A stretch of 64,000 nucleotides of DNA from IMG/VR virus record IMGVR_UViG_3300013426_000017, positions 111,407-175,406 of that record. One strand, given 5' to 3'. The notes beneath the pieces were generated by a model. It was given only the letters and a program-made list of their open reading frames with translations. It did no database searches and was not told the DNA's origin. A program made the position numbers and the translations under genes. Every line of letters starts with the position of its first letter. Positions within the stretch are counted from its first letter, which is position 1. This document shows, in pieces, positions 46,044-59,800 of this stretch. The DNA is from a virus (taxonomy: Duplodnaviria > Caudoviricetes).

Positions 46044-49000
46044 TTAACTATTCTCAAGAATTTTCTTCAATGTCAACTCGTACTGCGCTTTAGCAAAATC
46101 ATATCGGCGCTCAAGAACAATACGCTGCGCATACCAGTTCATGTATTCTTGTGTAAAACCGTTCTCATCTACAAAGTTCTCATTATACTTCTGGTCGCGG
46201 TAGTTCAACAACTCAGTAGTGGCTTGAGTAAATGCATCTTTGGCCTCTTGCAAACTTTCATCAGCAATCATTTCTTCAGTAAGATAAATATTCTCAATCT
46301 ACTCATAGCCCATTTCCATATAGACACCTGCGCCCAAATTGATTTCCTTAATCTCCTGAGTGCCATTAATCTCCAGAATCTTCTCTGATGCTACCATAAA
46401 TTGACTCGAATCACCAGACTTGTATTTAATAACTACATTTCTATAGCCAACAGGTAATTCCTCATCGGGCAAGGTGGTTGTAGAAAATTCAAAATTACCC
46501 GTGCCTTTACGATACACATAGGATAAATCAAGTAATTGATTCTATCTCAAACCATTAGTATCAGACTTTTTAATGAGATACAACGGCAAGCGGGATATAT
46601 AAGGGAATATCAACGACGCCATGTTCGGCACATTAATGCCATAACCATTAGCAGTATTCCAAGACCGATAAATGCCAGACCTTGTGGCCGTTACATACTC
46701 AACCGGACGTGGTATGAATCGTAGATATTTAACCGCTGATATTGATTCTTTAATATGATTACTTGCATCGCCAGGAGTCAGTAATGGGTTAGAAACAAAA
46801 TCACCAACTACAGTTGCATGGCCCAAAACCGCTTGTGTGGGGCATTGGGTAATACCTACATCCTTAATCTAATCAAATGTCGTAGCTTGATAAGTTTTAT
46901 AGGATATGGTAATTGTGCCATGGCTCGGCGCATTCTGAGTCGGCAAGCCAATAGTATTACAAGTGACTCCGTAGGGTAACTCATATTTACCTGTGGCGCC
47001 GATGGCTACGGGGCGATTATCTATTAATATATAACTATTAATATTGGCGGGGTATGCTTCTACTCTGACCGACTGGATACCGACACCCAAGTCGCCAAAT
47101 AAATCAGCCTTGCCCCAATCGGCTTCTGTAAATGCATAGGATGATTGCACGAATACCGATTCTGATATATCGCTATCGCTCTCCATAATTTGGTAATTCG
47201 TCAAATTAGTATTATTACACGCTGCTACTTCATAGGCTGTGCATGTGAATGTATGTAACATACGACTTAGCTTATCTTCTGGCGACAATGAGATATTCAT
47301 TAATCTCACAATATAATTACCTTCGGCCGGTGAGCGGAACAACTTGGGTTTGCCATTAGTCAGCCAATCAAGAACAGCAAGTTTAAATTCGCGCTCGGCC
47401 TTTATATTTTCATCCACTAAATCTGTGGCGCTGTAGCTTGGTATTTCCTCAAGCGCCGGCTGCGCCACGCCAAATTTATCATTCTCTAATCTCGATATTA
47501 ATCCTGAGATAGGGAACTCTTTATACGATACCGAGCCATTGCGGAAAATAAATGGATACTTACCGCCTATGGTATCAGTCTTACTCTCTAATACATCCTA
47601 TTTAAACGAAGATACTTTGGGGTTGTAGCGCACTCTTAACTGGCGCTCACCGTCGCTTAGAAAGGTGTCCTCAAAATTAGCAGTAATATATTTCTCGCCA
47701 TCCTCAGTAGTTGCATAGATAGGTTGAGAATATATACCAGCTTGATTAATCCTCTCCAATACATATTGATACTTAATACCATGCTCAATAGTATTATCAA
47801 TATATGGATTTGTCTCAATCAAATCAACGCCAAGATTAACTCGCTTCAGTTTTTCTTTAATGGTCTTACCATCTGCTTCATGCAAACGAGACAAAATAAA
47901 TGTTCCCTGCTAGAATATTGCATCAGGTGAGCTAAAGGTCAGCGCCACACAACCATTATCTAAATCAGGCTTAATAATGAAATTGACATTTACATCACCA
48001 AGGTCTAGATAATTATTACGAGTAATCTTATACTGAGGAGACTACAACTTCAATCCACTCATGGTCTCGACACTATACTGGACAGTATATATCTTACCTC
48101 GTTCAATTGAGATTGGATAGCTATAATTATCAATGCTGATTAATTGACCATCGGCAATTCTTGTATCAGATTCGTTATTATGCACTTGATCAACCACTGA
48201 ATCTACTATATTGCCGTTTTCGTCACATATAACAAAACTATACTTTTTAATACGCTCGGTCAAATCCGAGTTCTCATACTGGCCTACGAACTCACCATTG
48301 CGACTAGATATTTTATAATCCAATAAATTCTATATCTTAATAGTAGGGATACCTGTATATTTAATAACCGCTGTAATCGAATAGTATCCAACTACTGGAT
48401 AGGTATCATCTACCTTAACACTCTTATAGGCTGAGCTAATAGAATCCTCAACCAGCGATATGAGATGCGACTTGATCTCTGTAAATTTCTCAACACTTGA
48501 ACCAGCCATAATACTACATAAGTCAGTATATGATTTCACAAAGCTAGAACTTGCCTTAGATATATCCGCATCATTAGTCATATTAGCAACTTCTTCTATT
48601 TCTTGCTTGTTAAACATGCCACTATTAGCCACCTCTTGGAAATAGCTTTTGATAATACTAGCTTGTATTGCATCTGACTTAATGTAGTTATTCTGCATGG
48701 CTTCTAATACTTGATATAATGCATTATAATAGGTCTTAATATTTGCATAGCCATTTGCAGTATTAGCTTCTTGATCATACAAATCAAGCAATGCATCAAT
48801 TCTATCCTGATCGCCATCATCAACATCGAATGCTGTATTCTTCAATAGCTAAATCAAACGCTGATGCAATGTGTATTCAATAGACTCATTCCAATATTGT
48901 TCCCAATTGCCTTGAATGTCACCAGTCGCCACTAGCTTCTGCTCATCAGCGCCATGAAACGAATTGTAATATTGAGACATAATCTTCTTGAATTGGTCTT

Positions 49001-49391
49001 TGAGTTGCGTAATACCAACGTTAGAATTTATATAGTTAATATTCTTTAATACTTCTAATTCTTGTTCTTGTTCCCCTAATAGCTTTCCGCCACCAGAATA
49101 TCCTTTTGGTAGATATGCTATTTGTAATCTATAATATTGTCCTATATTTAATTTACTAATCTATGTATCTATTAATGAAAATCGAGCAACTCCTTGCTCA
49201 ATATCATAGTTATTTGTTGTCAAGTTATTAATTACAATTGAATTGCTTGTTAAACTACGCAATTGTAATATAAACCCCTCAATAGAATCTTTACCCACCG
49301 TGCTATTCATTTCAAACGGGACCTCGAGTGAGGTCCCATAAAACGCCGGTAACGTATTCTCTATTGTAGGGGGATATAATCTATTTGCCAT
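46044..49391 (-). CDS. Large tail protein (1115 aa, multiple TAG)
   Basis: Eight in-frame track fragments. D.TIEHG..Y.Y, YNPKVSSFK, EREFKLAVLDWL.NGKPKLFRSP.EGN.IV.L (distal-tail-like). Confidence 0.7.
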
Positions 49392-49416
49392 TGATTATTC
49401 ATCCTCCTTTAACTCA

Positions 49417-52400
49417 TTACGTTTTCGTCCACAAGGTCGCACCTTGCTTCTAAACACCATTTTCAAAATACTAAATGTATACCTGGCCTTCGGCCACTAC
49501 TAAAGCAGTATGATTTTTGTTAGTAGAATAATAACCGACACGAGCGCCACCCTCAGTAACAAATGCGTATCCACCTTTTAAATACCTTTTAATCGTTCCA
49601 TCTTCCCATTCTGCTGGAACATCATGCGGACCAAGCTAAGTGGGATATAAAGGATCGGCAGCCATACCAACGCCATATGTTTTTACATCATTATCCCCCA
49701 TTCCTCTACCTGAGCCTAAACGGCCAGTTACAAAATTTAAATCATAATCACGGGTTCGCAGAGCGCCATGAACATCAATAACATCAGATTCAAGATATTG
49801 CGCAGCTAATGCAGTTGCTTTAATATATAAATTCCCTTGATTATCATAGGTAAGCAAATTATTACCATCGATACTATCCAACGCCGCTTTAAGTTTATCT
49901 GCCGTTAACTCATATTTTGCACCAGAAATATCATCTTTGGTTGCGTAATTACTCAAATCTATATCCACTATATCATTGACACTATTTTTTGCGTTGATAT
50001 CAAATTTAATGCTACCAGTCAAGCTAATTCCATCACTTTTAATTTTAACAGCATTATTTCCATCGCTAATACTTATGCCTTCAGCATTCATTACTAAACT
50101 GTTATTATGAACAATATTATTAATAGTGATGCTGCCACCGTTTAAATTTAAGTCACCATTATCACGTACTGAAAATGCAGCGTCAGTTTTATTACTTATG
50201 CTATTACTAATATAAATAGGATAGTCACCAGGCTAAAAATAAATACCGTATTGATCCTGCTGTCCCCTCACTGGACTACTAATAATATATCCACTACCAT
50301 CTTTATCTAAGTGATAACCATTTTCAGCACTACCGCCAGTAACTGAGCCAGTTAAATTAACATCACCATCAGCCTCAACCGAGAATACAGGGCGATTAAT
50401 ATTACCAATCGTCAACACTTCTTTATTACTACCGCCATTATTAAATGTAATACGAGTATTACTATTAGCACCAATAAATCCAGTGCCATTATTACGAAAA
50501 GCATAGGCCTATTGTCCTTGTTTAAAACCATAAATACCTGGAATCGCCATAGATGCTTCAGTGTCTTTATCTGCAAAATCGCCAATAGCTACACCGCTAA
50601 ATTGCTTGTTACCGGTGCTACCTACATTATCGGGTGCTTCATACCTACCAGCTAAAAACCTTGGTGCATAAATAGTTCCTAATGTTTCATCTATTTTAAT
50701 ACCACCATCATATTTAGCCATTTTGTCAATGTAAATAGATGGATAACGATTAATATCTATTCTCAATGGAATGCGAGCTAGTATATAACCAGTATAGGTA
50801 TATACATTAATACTAAAAATATAATCACTCATAGTCTCAAAATATACGCCTTTTGGTTGTAAGTCTACAGTCGAACGTATTAAACTTGATTCTTTTGCCG
50901 ATGGATTATAAACCAAACTGAAATATGGACATTCTACGCTTGTTCCATTTTTCCAAGTCTCATAGTCACCATTAACATCACGCATAAAATATTCATCAAC
51001 TAATCTTCGATTACTCATGCCATAAATACCAATGCTCCAATTGCTTGGTCCAGAAAAATACGCAATAGGTTTTTCACCATCGGCATCATACAAAAATCCA
51101 TTTACAAGCTCTTTCTTTTGCCCCTCATTTTCTTTATTTTCGTCATTAGTCTTATGTTCAATATTATTGAGTTCCTACTGAATCTAATTAAATCTTTCTC
51201 TTTTAATCTCTTCTCCAGTATACGGGTCCCAATAGATACCATCAGCATACTATTGATTATGAGTAGCTCCATCTTCGAGCAACAACTCTAATCTATATTG
51301 AGGGATTACATCTGCTTCTGATGTGCCATCACGCATGTGAGTTGTTCCATCGCTTTGATAAATTAATTGAGTCATACCTTCAATAATATTATCTTCATTA
51401 TAACTAATCTTAGCGCCTAACCAACAACCAAGTCTTAATGTAGTATCTGTTTTTCCTGCGTTTTCATTCGCCTCATCAATCTCAGCATCACTAATAGACA
51501 CTACACCTTTACGCATGTGAATATCATTAATAGTTGGAGTATAGGTCTCTCGTAATTCAACCCCACTAGTATCAAACCATGTTGGACTAGTCACTTCTTT
51601 ACCGTCTAACAGTAAATGAGCTTTATAGGTCTTGCCAGGTATAAGACAATTAACTACTTCCTCCGCACTATTAGTCCAATAGGCGGTTAATGAATGTTCA
51701 GTGCCCTCACAGCTATAATATCCAAATAATAACTCAATCTAATTCTCAATCGTAACATTCTCATACACATCCTTGATATTATCACTTTCATCTCGGACTG
51801 TAATATCACAAATTGCTGTAACTGTTACAATATTATTGGTCTTGCCTGGATTATATTTTCTATCTATAGTAATTAATTGCTTATAATAACCATCCTCAGC
51901 CGTGGCGGCGCCATTTGCTTTGGCCATAGTATTTCCACTGGGAAACCCCCATGTCAAACTTTTAATAATAGTGTCCTTATCCGAGGAATGGCAACGCAAA
52001 CCATAATTTCTTAGCTTCTCACTCTCACGAATCAAGCCACTACGGGTATAATAATAATATAAGCCATTATTATTATTGAATGCCGTTGTTCCATCTTCAT
52101 CCTCGACATAATAGCCGCTCTCAATAATCAAGGCATTAACCGCGCGCTTATTTGCATCTATTAACTCGCGGTCTTTTTCCGCTTGGTCTATTAAATCTTT
52201 CTTGATTTCTTCTATCTAATCATTCTTAGCATCTACACGATTAATCAAGGTTAATTGATTACTCATGTAATATTTATTCTTATAGTAAACGAGTGCGACA
52301 AGCATCTCGTCATTAGCCTCATAATCGGGAGTAAAAATCAAATAACCATCATCGGTCATAGGATTTAAATCCTTATCAAATTGACCAGTAAGTTCCCAAC

Positions 52401-53688
52401 CAGAATGCAAATCATCAGGCAAATTAATATCATCAATCGTAGCCTCTCGGTTACGCCGATACCAACGAATAAATAGATTTCGTGCTTGGCGACCCTCGGT
52501 TGTAGAGGTATCAAAGCTAGGCAATGAGGTCAAATATTCAGGCTTGGCTTCGGTGTTAATCAACAGACTAAATCCAATTTGCGGAACCTCGATAGACAAC
52601 TCACGTAATACAGTGTTCGTCGCCATACCCTTCCATTCAGCTTCGCGCACATCGCCAGCAACAATTTGTTTTATAATTTCATTTTCTTCGAGCCACAAAT
52701 TAATTCTTGTTTTTTGTACTGAGGTAAAATTAATAAATTCGTCCTCTAATACATTATTTACACTTTCTTCTGTTGGATTTTCAATAGAACAAATATTATG
52801 TAATAATGTATCAAATTGCGCATTTAACTCGGCGTCACCATCTTTTTGATAGACTGTGCTGCCACTATTAGCCTTAATAGTAAATTTAGAATCTAACACT
52901 TCACTAGTTAGCTTACCAACGCCGACATACAAATCAGTTAGAATAATGTTGCTAGTCTGCACCACTGCTACTAATCTATCATTTTCATTATAGAAATCAG
53001 CATCTTGATACACATAAGCTTCGATACGAGTAACAGTAGTCTGAGTAGTTAATGTAAATACTTGGTTAACCCTTGTGCTATAAATGTAATTGTATGGATT
53101 ACCATAATATTCACTACATGGAAAATCATACTCGGTAATGGCACCTACATTATTCATGACTCGCAATTTAAGGCCGTAGGTTCCTTCCACTACACCAAGA
53201 GCTTTGAGTATCGTAACAAAACTACCTTCAATACCAATCTTAGTCACGCCAGAGTATTCGCCAGTCCATGAGCCAAGATAAGCAACTAGCTACTCATCAT
53301 TCGCAATTAAACCAACATCGCCATGCAATTTAATTAATGAATCATTTCGCCCATTAAAAAATACCACATCGGCGAAATTATCCGCTAGCTCATAGGCATC
53401 ATCACCTGTCTAACGCATACCTAAAATAATTTTATCGCCATCATTTTGGGCATTTGGCATTTGCACATAGACCAAATCACCCACTTTGTATTGTGTTTTA
53501 TTTAATGAATAAGCAGTAAATGATGAATAGCCACTACTAACCAAGTAGGCACCAGTGGCACTATCAATAATCTCCGCCACGACGCAATCTTTTGTAATCG
53601 TGGTTTCAGTACGATCAACTACACTCTAGGCAACTATTTCCATTGCCTGTAAGGTGTTTTCACTAATTTGACCTGCATTACTACTCAT
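49417..53688 (-). CDS. Large tail protein following tape measure (1423 aa, multiple TAG)
   Basis: ATG 53688 after RBS AAGGAG. Six in-frame track fragments. Ends at TAA 49417. Confidence 0.7.
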
Positions 53689-53717
53689 TTATCATCACTC
53701 CTTTTTCTCATTACTCT

Positions 53718-53762
53718 ATTATATCATAAAATTTGGGCCAAGTCAATTAATCAGTCTAGACC
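53718..53762 (-). promoter_or_regulatory. SigmaA promoter with shared upstream motif
   Basis: GGTCTA-N5-ATTAAT overlapping TTGACT-17-TATAAT (extended -10 TG). Confidence 0.7.
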
Positions 53763-53797
53763 AAATAAAAATAGGGGAACCACTTAAGGTTCCCCTA
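53763..53797 (-). terminator. Intrinsic terminator after tape measure gene
   Basis: TAGGGGAACC-loop-GGTTCCCCTA with a T-tail on the minus strand. Confidence 0.85.
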
Positions 53798-53804
53798 GAT
53801 AAGA

Positions 53805-56800
53805 TTATTTGCGATTTGCATACTGTGATGCTAAGTTAACTATATTCTCAAATGCCTGTTCAATTTCATTGTGGTCGACTGCGTTCGGGAACGAAGCCTC
53901 AATGTGAACATTCTACTCAAGAATTTCAGTTGCTGTGGCGGCGCTGGCCGGTATGAGTTCCCTAAGCGCAGACCATACGGACGCTTGATCGAGCCGCGCC
54001 ATCAAATCATGCAGTAATGTAATCGTAGTTAACAGATTACTTGTATCATTCTTATTTAGCACCAGTTCTTTCTCATGAAGTAATGCCCAACGGCCCTCGT
54101 TGCCCCAAGAGCCAGTATAGCCACCAGTGTCGTATTGAGATGCGGTTGCCAAGATACGACGCTTCTACTCAGCCGACATTTCATTGGGATCTTTTGCATA
54201 CTAATTAATTTTTTCTTGTAGCTATGCCTCGGACCAAGCTACAGCTTTTAAACTAGCATCATTATGAACTTTATAGGCTCGATATTCAGCATAGAGCCCC
54301 GCATCATCATAATTACCAGCCTGCAGTGCTTTTTCCATTTCGGTGCCCCAGTCAGTTTTCTTGATATAAGGCGTTTTAGCGGTTGATAATATTGCATCAC
54401 GCTCATCTTGACTCATTGGATTATTTTTATCCTGTTTTTCATCAATGATTTGATTCATTTTATCTTTATCCCAGTCGTATTCGCCATAAGCGTCAGGATT
54501 AGAATCAATCTTTTGGCGCCGCGCCTTGGCGTAGCGTTCTGCCATCTCGTAGTCACCATTAGCAAGGGCGGAATAGAATAATAAACTCATATCTTCGCCA
54601 CTGAGTCGCGCCAAATAAACCATGAGCTCCTCGATCATATCTCTAAAATCTTCGCTCATTTCTCGAATAGCCTTCGCCACTTCGTTAAAATTATTTGTTG
54701 CGTTTGTAGTAGCCTCATTTAATGATTTTTGTGTATTACTCATGTATTCCACCCATGCTTTCTAGGCTTCTTCATAGCTATTAATCTATTTGCCAGTAAT
54801 GTCGCTAACCATTTGGGTAAATGCATCTTGATACTTTTGAGTCTCACTAATCATCTATCCGGTCATTTCAATACTTGCATGACCAAATGTCTCCATAACC
54901 TCTTGCAGTGACTTAGTATTTGTGGCCTGGCCTAGGATGGTTTCTTCATAGGCTAACCCACTCGCTTCTAACGCTTGAGCATAGGTCTGATAATAATAAT
55001 CCAATTGCTTCTAATACAGACTTGTGAGCTCTTCGGCGCGCTTCTGTTTTTGCTCATCACTCAAGTCACTGGATTGTAATTCTGTCATCGCGTCAATGTA
55101 ATCATTCTGTAGCGATAGAATCTTTTCGCCCGCATCTTTGAGCGTATCCTCTTGTAACTCTTGTAATGCGTATTGCTTATCCTCTAACTCTTGCTCAGCT
55201 TTATCGACTTCCTCAGTATTAGCGGTATACATGTAGCCCCAACGACCTTCGTTATCACGAGTTAGACGCACCTCACTCTTGGCGTTACGTGCATCTTCAA
55301 GCGCGATCTCCGCCAAACGCAATTCATACTGGGCTTGCAAGTTCTTTAATTCGTACTCACTCATCTTAACATTATCAGCATAATAGCCATTAATGTCTTT
55401 CATTAGATCGCGTAACTTAGTCTTGGCGACTACGCTATCAAGCTTATTAATATCAGCTTGAATATTACGATTGAGCTTGTTGAGTTCATAGACTTTACGA
55501 GTATTACTCAGATACAACTCACTGAGGTCAGTCAAGTCGCCATACTTATCAATTGCCCATTCAAGGCCCTCATACAAGGCGTCTTTAGTCTTTTGGCCAA
55601 TCAATTCAAGATTCTCGACCCACTGATCTTTGATAGCATTGAGATAGTCACTTGCTAATGAAATTAATTCCATTTGTTTCTCATGAACTTGTTGATCAAT
55701 TTCATCAATCTAGTCTTGCAACTTCTCACTATAGGCTAATGCACTATCTTCCATAATGGTGAGGTCGCCAACGTTTTCAAGCTTGCGTATATCGGCAACA
55801 ATACCATCAATTAAATGGCCCTGCTCATCAACGCTCTTACCCAAGGAACTACGAGATTTATCCAACTCTTCTCTACGAGCCTTGAGCAAGTCAATCTCGC
55901 TCTAAATGCCCTTAGCTTCTGCCTAATAGGTCTTCCTAATACTATCATTCATGGCGCGATTATCTTCGACAGTCGCCACACCAAGTAATGAATACATATC
56001 CTTGATAGTCTCTAATGAGTCTCTATAATCACGAATCCTATCTTGGTAGTTCTCTAACTAATCGAATAGGTTGTTATATCTATCACTTATACTATCTATT
56101 TCATCGTTATACAACTCATAGATATTATCTTCCATCTCACCCAAGGCTTTTTTATAGTCTCGTAACTTCTGAATTTGCTCATCAGTGATTTCAAGACCTT
56201 TGGCTTTTTGCTCATTAATCTGAGCTTCAATACCTCTAATAGCTTCAGCATAGATAGCATACTAACTCCAATAAGACATAATCTTCTCTTGATTAATTGC
56301 AAATACTTCTAAGCTTGCTTTCTCTACCTCAGACAAGCGAGTCAAGCGACGCTCAAGGTAATCGAGTTTATCCTCTTCAATCTCAACCTTGTATTCAACC
56401 TTATAGGTAATCTTTTCCAATTTGGCAGATACAATCTCGTATTGCTTATCTAATAGATTACCAGCTTCCTCGAGTTTGAGAGCTAGGGTTTCTTCGTATT
56501 GGTCAAGAGTTTCTTTAAATGTGTTATAGGCCTCTTCTGCTTCATCGGTGAGTGATGCATTGAATATATCTAATTGCTTCTGCATGAGAGCGTCGTAGTT
56601 AGTGATAATACCATTAGCATCAAATACTGCGCCATATTTAGCGATTGCTTGGCGATCCTGCTGATAGTAGCGGTTAATCTCGTCGAGATAGCGCTTCTAT
56701 ATTGCTTCTTGTTCTTGAAGCTTGGCGATTTCATTATCAATAGCTTTGAGTTTGTCAGGACCATAAGCACGATCTTTTGCGGCAGATAACTAATCATATT

Positions 56801-59800
56801 CAGAAGATAGGCGATTGAGTTGCTGCTTAACAACATGGTAGCGTTCTATTTCATCGGAAGCTTTCTTTTTGTCTTTCTTAGAACCGCCGCCACCACCACC
56901 GGACGAAGAAGACGACAGATTTCCAGTTGAACCTTTCCCAGTAAAAGTGGCATTAGCAATGATTTTTCCACCACCGGATTTAATTGCAGACTACTAATCT
57001 TTGGTTAAATTACCGATAATAGGAATCCTAATAACGTCTGCGCCTATAGCTTTTAGATCATTTTTAGTAGTAATTGTCTTTTTATCATAGCCACCATCAT
57101 CATTAGGCACTAAAACCTCTTGTTCTTGGCTACCAATAAATGCTGAGGCCTAATCAGTAGGTATTTCTACATAACTTACATCAGGCGTAAAACCAATACC
57201 ACTTAAAATGGCATTCATATCATCAACAGTTATTTGCCCATCAGCCAATAGCTACTCTAAAACGCCTTTAAAACCAGAGTCATCGAGTGTGGCGCCGACC
57301 TCTAAATCGGGCATAAGCTCAATTAAATTGTATAAACCCTATAATTGAATTGGTAATTCGTCTACAGAAGAAGCTCCCTTGATATCTAAAACGACTTGTT
57401 TAGCAGCTAACTTCTATAGTCGTTTATATGCTTCTTCATCACCCTCTAGGGCTGCTTGAATAGTTTCAAAATTTTCTATTAAAAAATCATCACTAAACTA
57501 AATACCAAATAATTCTTTTAAGCTTTTCTTAAAACTATTAACCTTTTTCTAAGCCTCTAAACTTTTATCCAAGCCTTTGGCCCAATCACTTAAAACCTAT
57601 TTATTATTTTTAAACTCCTCTGACGCAGTATCTAAGGCCACTTGAGCCTTTAACTAACTTTCAACTAAATCTAACGCTGCCTTTTGATTATTGGCATATG
57701 CTTTATTATTCGCCATAATGGCAGCTGTTTGCTCTTCAATATACCCAGTTGTAACGCCATATTCATCAGATAGATCATTAGTTTTTTGATTAATACTATC
57801 CTAATACGCCCGTTCGCCCTAATCGGAATTACGATAATTTATTCCTTCTTGAACACGTTCAGGAATAAAAGCCTTGGTCTATTTTATAGCGTCAGCAAAA
57901 GCGTCAGCAACCTCTGTAGATAAACCTGTAAAATCCCATTCACCAGTATCTGCATAATGCTATAAAATATTATCTCTATCTTCATCTGAGATATTGACAT
58001 TATTATCGGCTAAATTTGCACGAACTTGCTAATAAGCAGCAAGCTACTTCCCTACAGCTTCTTCGGTGGCCTATCCTACATTATATTTGGCCAAGTACTC
58101 TGCCATCTCATCAGCGGTAATTTTAAAACCATCATTCCAATTACCAGCAGCGTCCTAGGTGCGTAATACCCAATCACCATCTTCGTTTTTCTCAATTGTC
58201 TAGGTCTCTGGATCATAACCAGCTTTTTCAAAATAATCTTCTGCAATTGCCTTATCTGTATAATTTTTCTCAATGCGCTCCTGCTCTTTATCTATATCTT
58301 CTTGAGTTATTTGTCCTGCTCGAATACTAGCCGCTAATTGCTAGTCAGCATCACTCAAACTATTATAATAATCATTATCAGAATTTATGCCGTCAGCAGA
58401 GGTTTTAAACCAGGCCCGCAGCGCTGCAGTATTCGCCTATAATGCAGTCACATTATCTGAAACAGCATCAAACTGACTATCCAATGCATTAAGCATACCA
58501 TCAGAAATATCAGCCAATCCATCAATAGACCGCACTGCTTTTGCAAATGCTTGATCATCATTCTATGCTTGTGCGGCTTGAATTTCTGCCCAGGTTTTTT
58601 TATCGGCTTTCGCCAACTCTTTTATGACTTCGACTTCATCTTTTGAAGCCATTCCACCATTATCAGCAATAGTTAATCCAGTACCTATAACTCCTAAAAC
58701 ACTACCTATAAGAGCGCCGCCCAAAGCTCCAACAACATTACCCAGAACTGGAACTATTGAACCTAATGCGGCTCCTGCTAATGCACCAGCCATAGCACCT
58801 CCTACAGCGCCTTCAGCCATATAATTTGCGGTAGGAGCAATATCTGATGCAGTATGCATCTTTCCAGCCGTAGTTTCAATATCGACATCTGTTTGTGCTG
58901 CTGCAGCATTTAATTTTGCCGATTGTGCTACGGTCTATTGTTGTAATAGCCGTTTAGATTCTTCTTGCCGCGCAACTAAAACAGAATCTTCATCTAATTC
59001 AATGAGTCCATCTGTGCCTATTGTATATTTTATTCCATCATAATTATTAATTAATTGCAAAGCTGCTTCATTAGCTTCTCGCACGGCATCAGTATATTCA
59101 ATGGTGCCCTCAGTTAATTCTTTTAAATTATCTTTAGCGGTATTATAATTATCCCAAGCCGTGGTTAATTCATTATAAGCTGTTTTTGCTTCATTATATG
59201 CATTTGCTAAACTAGTAGCATTTTCCTATGCAGCTTCTGCCGCATCCTAAGTCGCATTCATCGCATCTTTTAGCATTTTAGAAACCTAAACAGCTATTGC
59301 AATAGCCGCTGCAATTAATATGAAGGCTTTATATTTTGAAATAACTGCACCTAAACGCTGCATGGCAGCGGTCAAAACATCTGTAGCCGTTGCTTCTTGC
59401 AATTTCGCTGCTGCATCTTTATAATGGGCAAATGTATCGTCATCTGTAATTTTAATACCTGTTAATTTTTGAATGTTTTGTATTGCTTCTTCTCGACTTA
59501 ATTGCCCTGTCGCTTCTTTTTCAAAAATAACAGCTAATGCATTTTTATTTTTAACAACCGCGGCTGCTTCATTCATAGAAACTGACATTGCTTGCGCCGC
59601 TGCTTCTGCCTCAACAGCAAATTTTAAATCAGTGTATATAGTCTTTACAGAATTTAAAATAGGTAAAAAGCTACCTAAAACCATACTAGCGCTCATTAAA
59701 ATTGATGTAAATTTATCCCAGGCTGATAGGTCTGGATTTGAAATTGTATCAATAGCAGATTTAAAACTACTTATTCCCATGGTTAACGAAGAAGCTAAAT